Below, in pieces: positions 56,793-64,000 of a stretch of DNA of 64,000 nucleotides. Every line of letters starts with the position of its first letter. The stretch's first letter is position 1. The notes under the pieces were generated by a model, which searched no databases, was not told the origin of the DNA, and saw only the letters and a program-made list of their open reading frames with translations. Origin of the DNA: a virus (taxonomy: Duplodnaviria > Caudoviricetes); the IMG/VR virus record IMGVR_UViG_3300024348_000029, positions 340-64,339 of that record. One strand, given 5' to 3'. Position numbers and translations under genes: made by a program.

Positions 56793-57500
56793 ATGGCAAT
56801 ATTAACCAAAGCAGATAAAGGTTCACCTCTAACTCATAATGAGATGGATAATAACCTAATCGAACTCGATAAAATACCTACAGGTAAAACCTTCCCGAAA
56901 ACGAAGGGAGTAGGTATAAAAATAGATACTGCAGTCCCTGAGTTTGGGTGGCATGATATCACAGGTAATTTACATAATGTAAATGGAGCCTTAAATAGTG
57001 CTGACTATGTTGTATATAGAGGAGGAATAAAAGCATATCAATTCGCAGAAGGTGAGGAGTCTTTTGTTAATTTTCACCTGCCTCACGATTATTTACCGGG
57101 CAGTGAAATATTTATACATGTTCACTGGTCACATAATTCTAGTCTAGTTACTGGAGGAAGCTGCACATGGGCGTTTGAAACAATGTATGCTAAAGGACAT
57201 AATCAAGCTTCATTTGAGGCACCAGTAAATATTTCTGTAATTCAAAATACAAGTATAGTACCATATCAACATATGATAGCAGAAACATCTGCATCTGTTA
57301 GTGGAGGTTCGCCCGGAGTCTTGTTGGATACAGAACTATTAGAGGCAGATGGTATTATTCAAGCAAGATTATACCTAGATTCTAATGATATAATAACTAG
57401 TAACGCTAGTATAGTTAATCCATTTGCTCATTTTGTTGATATACATTATCAGAGTACAGGATTACCTACTAAAAATAAAGCTCCGGATTTCTGGACATAA
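56793..57500 (+). CDS. tail-associated protein
   Basis: N-terminal KGSPLTHNEMDNN anchor motif. Confidence 0.65.
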   Translation: MAILTKADKGSPLTHNEMDNNLIELDKIPTGKTFPKTKGVGIKIDTAVPEFGWHDITGNLHNVNGALNSADYVVYRGGIKAYQFAEGEESFVNFHLPHDYLPGSEIFIHVHWSHNSSLVTGGSCTWAFETMYAKGHNQASFEAPVNISVIQNTSIVPYQHMIAETSASVSGGSPGVLLDTELLEADGIIQARLYLDSNDIITSNASIVNPFAHFVDIHYQSTGLPTKNKAPDFWT

Positions 57501-57510
57501 ACATTAGCAG

Positions 57511-60069
57511 ATGGCAAATTACGTAGAAGCAGGATATATTGAGCCTAGTTACACCTTAGATAGTTTATATATTGACTGGGGTAATAAACTCATCATTATT
57601 CCTAGAGGATATACAGAGTTAGTTCAGGAAACCCCTACAGAGATCAGACAGCTTCATTTAAACCAGTTTAGGCAGGATTTAAAAGATCTAGAAGATGATG
57701 TAGAGGGAATGGCCTTTCTGGATACACACTCCCATAATACAGAAGTATTACTTGGGGGTATTGTATATGCGCGCGTAATTACTATTATTAATGGATACAC
57801 AATAACCTTTGAGGATGGACAATATGCGGTTAACCTAATTGGCGCTAACAGTAATGTCGGTGATAATATAAATGTTAATCAAGTATCTGTGAGATCTGCT
57901 AATTCTGCCGGTCTTATATCTAATCAAGCTATTGAATATTCTTCTTTTCAAGGAGGTGTTACTATCGATGTCAATTCATCTTATAATGGAGTAGCATTCC
58001 CTATAGGAACTCCTCAACAACCTGTAAATAATATGGCTGATGCTCATTTTATAATGGCTTTTAGAGGGTTTAACAAGATGTACTTTCTATCAGACTGGAC
58101 TTTTACTAGCGATACTTATATGATAGATCACGAGATATATGGACAAGGATCACATAAGACTGTCTTTACATTTGAAGCTGGGTGTATACTTGGGGGTGTA
58201 GAAGTTTTTGATTGTACAGTGACTGGTTTTGGGACAGGTATAGTATCTTTTAAAAATTGTCTTATTAAAAATTTAGGTAGTGTGGGATTATTTCCTACAT
58301 CTATAGATGTTATTGCTCAGGATTCTTTCTTTGAAGGGTATACGACATTACTGGCTAATTACTCAGGTACTGTAACAGCAGTAGATTGTTGGGCGATGCC
58401 TGACGAGTTAGGAAATCCTCCTGTTATTGATATGGGGAATTCTACAGCTGATTTACAAGCAAGAAATTGGTCAGGTATATTACATCTTAAAAATAATACC
58501 AATGTAAATGATATAAGAATTTTCCTAGCCACTGGAGGGGTAATACTAGATTCTACTATAACAGCAGGAAATCTTCTGTTATCTGGGGTTGGTATTCTTA
58601 CTGATAATTCTACTGGGGTTACTACTCTAAATACTGACTCCCTTCTTAATAGAGAACTTATAACAAAAGCTTCTTGGACAGAAGTTCATTATGATACTGT
58701 GAATGGTGTAGCAGGAACTAAGTTTCCTATAGGTACAGCAACTACTCCATCTAATAATCTGGCCGATTTATTAATAATAGCGAATAATAATAATATTAAG
58801 CACGTAGATCTTGATAGTAGCATACTACTTACAGAATCTGTTGCAGGGTTTGAGTTTGAAGGGGGTCATGGTATTATAGTAGATTTTAATGGCCAAAGTA
58901 TATATGGGTCCTCATTCACTAGATGTGGATTAACAGGAACAATGGTAGGAGAGCATGCCTTTTTTAAAGAATGTGATATTTATGCCTTATCTAATATTGG
59001 AGGATCATTTGAAAGGTGCTGGTTTAATCTAACTACTCCAATTACAGTAGCTAGTGGTGTACCGATATTAATGTCTGGAGGCGTTAGCGCTGTACCTGGA
59101 AGTGATTCACCTGTACTTGATTATAGTAATGGGGGTATACTATTTAATATGAGAGCTTACTCTGGAGGAATTAGAATAATTAATTCTACAGATGCATTTA
59201 ACACATCTACTTTTGAGTTTATCGCAGGTAAGTTTAATTTTGGTGTTGTTAATACGGCAGGTTATTTTGCAGTGCGTGGTGTTGTTGATACTACAGGTAT
59301 TGATGTACTATCTACAGCAACTGTTAATCTAGATGGTGCTAACACTGGAGGTGGTGGTGGTACAGCTATCATAGATTATGCTCTAGTAGCTAATGCTGTA
59401 TGGGATGAGCCATTAATAGGTTCAACACATAATATACCAACATCTGCAGGTAGAAGATTAAGAGAAATTATAGGCCCTATTCTAACAGGAAATGTGGTAT
59501 CATCAACTATAAATACAGTAACGTTTAATGGTGATGCTTCCACAGCTGATGGAGCATATGATCCAGGTGATATTACAATTATTAATGGCCTTGGTGCAGG
59601 ACAATCTCGTTTAATATTAGAGTACAATGGTACTACTAAAACTGCGGTACTAGATAGAAATTGGAAGATACAGCCAGATGATTCTTCAGAGTATGCAATA
59701 TTCCCTAGTATAGGTAGAGAGCATGTTAATGAAGGAGCAGCTCAGGGAGGTACTATTAATACAATAACTTTAAATGCTAATGCTTCTAGTGCAGATAATG
59801 CATACTCAGGTCAGCTAGTATTTATAAGATCTGGTACAGGAGATGACCAAGTAGGTATTATTGTAGCTTATAATGGTACAACTAAAATAGCCACTGTAGA
59901 GAAGAATTGGGCCAGTATACCTGATAATACTTCAGGATATATTATAATCCCATCTCATGTTCACACAGCAGACGAGCTAAATTATTGGAGCGAAGATACA
60001 CGAGATGAGGTAATAGCATGGGCTAGAAAATCAAGTGATAATGCAGAGCAAACAAATTTGAAACTATAA
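57511..60069 (+). CDS. tail fibre/spike protein with internal duplications
   Basis: two FPIGT..P.NN.AD modules and two G.G..Q...I..YNGTTK.A...NW...PD..S.Y.I modules. Confidence 0.7.
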   Translation: MANYVEAGYIEPSYTLDSLYIDWGNKLIIIPRGYTELVQETPTEIRQLHLNQFRQDLKDLEDDVEGMAFLDTHSHNTEVLLGGIVYARVITIINGYTITFEDGQYAVNLIGANSNVGDNINVNQVSVRSANSAGLISNQAIEYSSFQGGVTIDVNSSYNGVAFPIGTPQQPVNNMADAHFIMAFRGFNKMYFLSDWTFTSDTYMIDHEIYGQGSHKTVFTFEAGCILGGVEVFDCTVTGFGTGIVSFKNCLIKNLGSVGLFPTSIDVIAQDSFFEGYTTLLANYSGTVTAVDCWAMPDELGNPPVIDMGNSTADLQARNWSGILHLKNNTNVNDIRIFLATGGVILDSTITAGNLLLSGVGILTDNSTGVTTLNTDSLLNRELITKASWTEVHYDTVNGVAGTKFPIGTATTPSNNLADLLIIANNNNIKHVDLDSSILLTESVAGFEFEGGHGIIVDFNGQSIYGSSFTRCGLTGTMVGEHAFFKECDIYALSNIGGSFERCWFNLTTPITVASGVPILMSGGVSAVPGSDSPVLDYSNGGILFNMRAYSGGIRIINSTDAFNTSTFEFIAGKFNFGVVNTAGYFAVRGVVDTTGIDVLSTATVNLDGANTGGGGGTAIIDYALVANAVWDEPLIGSTHNIPTSAGRRLREIIGPILTGNVVSSTINTVTFNGDASTADGAYDPGDITIINGLGAGQSRLILEYNGTTKTAVLDRNWKIQPDDSSEYAIFPSIGREHVNEGAAQGGTINTITLNANASSADNAYSGQLVFIRSGTGDDQVGIIVAYNGTTKIATVEKNWASIPDNTSGYIIIPSHVHTADELNYWSEDTRDEVIAWARKSSDNAEQTNLKL

Positions 60070-60178
60070 TTATTTTAAGACTGTTTAAGTGAAAATAATG
60101 TAGTATTATAATTATGATAGGTATAATAGGATAAGATAACGATTATAGATAGGAATCCCAATAAAAATAAATAACATA

Positions 60179-60880
60179 ATGTTTAATGACATGATAGAAT
60201 ATTATACCCCACTAGCCACTAGCTTAAAGACTATGGCAGGATACAAAACAAGTACACTACTTGGTGCTTCAGTATTTTCAGCAATAACTATGGAAACTAT
60301 AGCCTCTATACTTAAGATTAATTTTTTAGGTGTATCAGTAGGTGTTTTAGCCACTATATCGCTATTTATAGTAATAGATTGGTGGACAGGCTCAGCAGCC
60401 TCCCATAAAAAAGCAAAGCAAGCAAAAGAAGACGGAGACGATAAAGAGTATGACAAAAGAAAATTAAAGAGTAGTAAAGTAACATTTACTATATTTAAAT
60501 TTATATCTTTATATCTTTGGTTGGTTCTTACATATACTTTTATGAACTCAGCAATAAATCAGGGTTTTATAGAGTCGCATGATATGGACGGCAGTTTCTT
60601 TAGTATCGCAGCTATACTACGAATCATAACAATAATCCCTTTAATATTATTTGGGTTTAGAGAATTTATTAGTATAGGTGAAAATATAGAAAAGTTATCA
60701 GGTAAAAAACCTTACTTATTTGAGCTTGGAGAAAAGATCTTTAATATATTTGAATTAGGGTTTTTAAAGAAGATGCAGAAAAGCGTTGATTCAGCGTCAG
60801 CTTCAAAGACGGAAGCTAGCTCACAAGCTCCTGAATCAGGCCATAAAATAGAGGATGAAGATATATTAGATAACAAATAA
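60179..60880 (+). CDS. putative holin
   Basis: several TM helices, IDWWTG...REFISIGENI, directly before the endolysin. Confidence 0.65.
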   Translation: MFNDMIEYYTPLATSLKTMAGYKTSTLLGASVFSAITMETIASILKINFLGVSVGVLATISLFIVIDWWTGSAASHKKAKQAKEDGDDKEYDKRKLKSSKVTFTIFKFISLYLWLVLTYTFMNSAINQGFIESHDMDGSFFSIAAILRIITIIPLILFGFREFISIGENIEKLSGKKPYLFELGEKIFNIFELGFLKKMQKSVDSASASKTEASSQAPESGHKIEDEDILDNK

Positions 60881-60889
60881 AATAACATT

Positions 60890-61369
60890 ATGGGTTTTCA
60901 ACTAGGTAAAAATAGTAGCGAAAGATTAGATACCTGCCATATAGACTTACAAAAAATAGTCCTTATGGTAATTTCTATTACTAACGTAGATTTTGGGATT
61001 GCTGAAGGGCATAGACCTGTATCGAAGCAACAAGAATATTATGCTATTGGGCGTACTGTAGATTTACATAGAGCTCCGATTACTAATATTGATGGCGTTA
61101 ATAAGAAAGGTAAACATAATATAGAACCTTCTGAAGCTGTAGATATTTATATCTGGCATCCAGTTAAATCCACAAGACTAAAGATAGCTTATGATAAAAT
61201 GCATTTAAGCTATGTTGTAGGTATATTTGACGCTTGTGCTGACGTTTTATTAGAAAGAGGTGAAATTACACATAAAATTAGATGGGGAGCAAACTGGGAC
61301 TCTGACGGGATTATAGATTACGATCAAAAATTTGATGACTTTCCTCATATAGAGCTGGTAAAAATTTAA
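60890..61369 (+). CDS. endolysin, M15 family L-Ala-D-Glu peptidase
   Basis: EGHR..QQ...KH..AVDI...RWGANW...DFPHIEL. Confidence 0.88.
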   Translation: MGFQLGKNSSERLDTCHIDLQKIVLMVISITNVDFGIAEGHRPVSKQQEYYAIGRTVDLHRAPITNIDGVNKKGKHNIEPSEAVDIYIWHPVKSTRLKIAYDKMHLSYVVGIFDACADVLLERGEITHKIRWGANWDSDGIIDYDQKFDDFPHIELVKI

Positions 61370-61370
61370 A

Positions 61371-61736
61371 ATGGAAGAAAAAAATATTAATATTAAACCT
61401 GTATATTTGTACTTAGCGATAGTTGCTTTAGTACTTATATTACTTTCTGTAGTACATTATTACAGAACTAAGGAACTTACAACTAGGATAGAGGCTAGAG
61501 ACGCTATCAATCTAGTACACAAAACAAAAATCAAAGAGCTTGAAGCATCTGTTGAATCTTTACAGAAAGAAAAAATAGTGGTGCTTAAGAAGGCTGATAG
61601 TCTTGAGATACAAGAAACGTATTATAAAAATAGATATTATGCAACTAACAAGAAACTTAAAGAACTTCTTAATGACTATGATAATTCTTCTGATGACGCT
61701 AAATGGGATGCATTCTCAGGAGCAATCAAAGAATAG
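61371..61736 (+). CDS. putative i-spanin-like protein
   Basis: N-terminal TM + coiled coil after the endolysin. Confidence 0.55.
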   Translation: MEEKNINIKPVYLYLAIVALVLILLSVVHYYRTKELTTRIEARDAINLVHKTKIKELEASVESLQKEKIVVLKKADSLEIQETYYKNRYYATNKKLKELLNDYDNSSDDAKWDAFSGAIKE

Positions 61737-62061
61737 CAGAGTTATAACTTCCGTTGAAAGGGATAGTATCTATAAAAAGATTCAGAGAGGTAAAGCAGCA
61801 GAAGCCAATGTTAAACACTTGGATAGTGCCCTTACTAAATGTGACTCAGTTAAAGGTCTTGTATATAAAGCTCTTGAGATAGAAGAAATGAAGTCAGATA
61901 GCCTACATAAAATTATACTCCAGGAACGATTAATAGGAGATAATTTAGAAGCTAATATAGAAGACGAGATTAAAAGGGGACGCAGAAGAGCCTTCTGGAG
62001 TTTTTTAAAGGGTGCTGGCATAGGTGGAGCAATTATAGCTATCCTAGGTTTTGTACTGTAG
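61639..62061 (+). CDS. putative o-spanin-like partner
   Basis: overlaps previous gene in another frame; signal-like N-terminus, C-terminal TM. Confidence 0.5.
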   Translation: MQLTRNLKNFLMTMIILLMTLNGMHSQEQSKNSRVITSVERDSIYKKIQRGKAAEANVKHLDSALTKCDSVKGLVYKALEIEEMKSDSLHKIILQERLIGDNLEANIEDEIKRGRRRAFWSFLKGAGIGGAIIAILGFVL

Positions 62062-62128
62062 ATAGTAATTAAAAGTCAAAAATTAACAGTATTATAATAC
62101 TAATTGAAGTTGATTAAAACGCATAACA

Positions 62129-64000
62129 ATGATAGATAATCCAAACATACAACGTATATCACTGGAGGAAATCCAAGAATTCAAAGATCTAGACTTATTC
62201 AGTCTGACGTGGGAACAAACAAATGGAAGGTTAGTTTTACTAGCTTATGACCCTCAATCACAGACATTTGGCTACAGTTATACTGAAGCTGGTACTGATG
62301 GTGGAGACCAAAATCTATCCTTATTTTATGGTAAGGAAGATCTTATAGCTGATTTTATTGATAATGCAAATGCAGCCAGCAGACCGTCTATAAATGGTTT
62401 TGACAATGGTGATGGTATTATAGCAGCTAATACAGTCGGTACTGTAACTAAATTTGATTTCTATGATGTTGTTATAGATATTGATCAAGGACTTGATGAG
62501 TATGTGTTTCAACAATCTGTTATAGGTGGGGCAGCTATAGTTAACGATGTAGAGCCTACCGTAGTAGAAGGAGGCACTTGGTTTGCTCCTACTTCTGGAT
62601 TATTTTATGTAGGTTCCGGAGGAGCTTGGGTAGTAATTTCTGGAGGAGGTTCTGCAACAATAGTTAATGATGTTGAACCTGCTGTTGTTAACGGAGGTTC
62701 TTGGTTTCAGCCTACACTAGGTACATTCTATATTGGGGTAGGTGGTGTTTGGCAATCAGTTGCAGCTAAGGGAGATACTGGAGATACTGGAGGTCAGGGA
62801 GTACCTGGGACCCCTGGAACTCCTGGAGCAGATGGACCTGGTATTAGCTATATTTTTTTCCTGAGCGATTCTGCTACTGCTCCAATTACACCAATAGGTA
62901 TTGGGGATCCAGTAGGATGGACAGACAGTCCTACAGGTGTCAGCCAATCAAATAGATATGAATATGTATCATTAGCAACTTATTCAGATGCCGGAGGATG
63001 GACCACTTATAGTGTACCAGCTTTATGGGCTAGATTTGCTATTGATGGAGATCCTGTTGTAGGAGATCCTGGTACATCGTATAAAACAAGCACAGTATTT
63101 ACACGTACCAGCACACGCTTTGATGAGAAAACTATCATTGTTACTGGAGGTCATTTTTCAGACCCCTTCCCTACTCTTACTAAGATAGATTCTGTAAATG
63201 CTAATCCAGCCATTGTATGGTCAGATGGTATTCCTGCAGGAGATGAAAAAGTATGGATGACTACATTTACATTTAATGATGATGCAGTTGATGTGGAGAA
63301 TCCTGCTAACGTATGGACTGTTCCTCGTGGAATTACAGATACTAGCACAACAGATTATCAATACTCTATATTACTATCCTCTCCAGGAGCTCCGGATACT
63401 AATCCAGCAAACTGGGCAGAGAGCGTAGTAGATGAAACACTTATTACATATATAGCACAAAGAAATATTAAAAATGGAATCTTTGGCCCTTGGGTAGTTA
63501 TTCATGTAAAAGGAGAGACAGGATTACAAGGAAATGGACTTGATATTCAGGGTAGGGATACACCTTGTAATATATTAAACAAAGCTGGAGTAGCAGACTA
63601 TGATATATGGATAGCTAACCAGTATACATCTATAGCAGATATGATTACATGTAGTGGAATCACTATGGATGCAGATGCTCAAGCCAATGATGCTTTTCTA
63701 AAAGTTCCTGATGGTACTGGTGAGGGAGGATCTAATTGGGATAATATAGGTGGAGTTGTAGGTACTGATGGTGCCTCATTCAAATATTCTATAGTATTTA
63801 AAAGAAGTGTTGGAGTTCCGGCTACTCCTACAGGAGGTACTTTTGCAGTACCAGTTCCTGCTGGATGGTCAGATGGTATTCCAGCTATAACAGTTCCCTT
63901 TCCTGAAGGACAACAGCTATGGCAAACAACTAGACATTTTTCAGATGACCCTACTTCTAACGCAGCTTTAGCTAGTTGGATTACACCTGTAGTTGCAGGA
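62129..64000 (+). CDS. long tail fibre / host-specificity protein, partial (runs off window end)
   Basis: open frame from ATG 62129 (MIDNPNIQRISLEE...); collagen triplets, PATPTGGTF..P..WSDGIP repeats. Confidence 0.8.
   Translation, partial: MIDNPNIQRISLEEIQEFKDLDLFSLTWEQTNGRLVLLAYDPQSQTFGYSYTEAGTDGGDQNLSLFYGKEDLIADFIDNANAASRPSINGFDNGDGIIAANTVGTVTKFDFYDVVIDIDQGLDEYVFQQSVIGGAAIVNDVEPTVVEGGTWFAPTSGLFYVGSGGAWVVISGGGSATIVNDVEPAVVNGGSWFQPTLGTFYIGVGGVWQSVAAKGDTGDTGGQGVPGTPGTPGADGPGISYIFFLSDSATAPITPIGIGDPVGWTDSPTGVSQSNRYEYVSLATYSDAGGWTTYSVPALWARFAIDGDPVVGDPGTSYKTSTVFTRTSTRFDEKTIIVTGGHFSDPFPTLTKIDSVNANPAIVWSDGIPAGDEKVWMTTFTFNDDAVDVENPANVWTVPRGITDTSTTDYQYSILLSSPGAPDTNPANWAESVVDETLITYIAQRNIKNGIFGPWVVIHVKGETGLQGNGLDIQGRDTPCNILNKAGVADYDIWIANQYTSIADMITCSGITMDADAQANDAFLKVPDGTGEGGSNWDNIGGVVGTDGASFKYSIVFKRSVGVPATPTGGTFAVPVPAGWSDGIPAITVPFPEGQQLWQTTRHFSDDPTSNAALASWITPVVAG

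Noticed and set aside
14118-63348. Many short antisense or alternate-frame ORFs inside structural genes
   Set aside because: Shadow frames of long, codon-biased genes with no independent signals.
13088-64000. Stop-codon reassignment (TAG/TGA) as in some crAss-like phages
   Set aside because: Long genes are intact under code 11, TAG and TGA are used as real stops, and no suppressor tRNA was found.
37030-64000. Diversity-generating retroelement or invertible fibre cassette
   Set aside because: No reverse transcriptase or invertase, and no near-identical template/variable repeat pair was noticed; internal fibre repeats are diverged protein repeats.

Overview
64 kb of an AT-rich tailed-phage genome, most likely a crAss-like (Crassvirales-type) phage of a Bacteroidota host. 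This rests on TAnnTTTG/A promoter elements, no obvious Shine-Dalgarno sites, and the crAss-like order terminase-portal-scaffold-MCP-ring-muzzle. It uses the standard genetic code. Layout: (i) 1-4.6 kb, small leftward early-type genes with a repeated 16-nt upstream motif; (ii) 4.6-7.4 kb, non-coding and repeat regions around two leftward genes; (iii) 7.5-13.0 kb, 25 leftward tRNA genes covering all 20 amino acids in three operons; (iv) 13.1-64 kb, rightward DNA-binding/nuclease, packaging, capsid, tail, fibre and lysis genes. Main discovery: each tRNA operon is preceded by a promoter, a 24-29 codon leader ORF too short for the ORF track, an antiterminator and a GAAA-capped intrinsic terminator. 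The sensor codons of each leader are those read by the tRNAs of its own operon (CSYSNYNFWS / MDIATIVRVGGIDKI / LRHIELLEQPLQ). This looks like ribosome-mediated transcription attenuation that lets the phage express a tRNA subset only when those tRNAs become limiting. tRNA folds were done by eye and protein calls come from motifs and synteny; no database searches were run.
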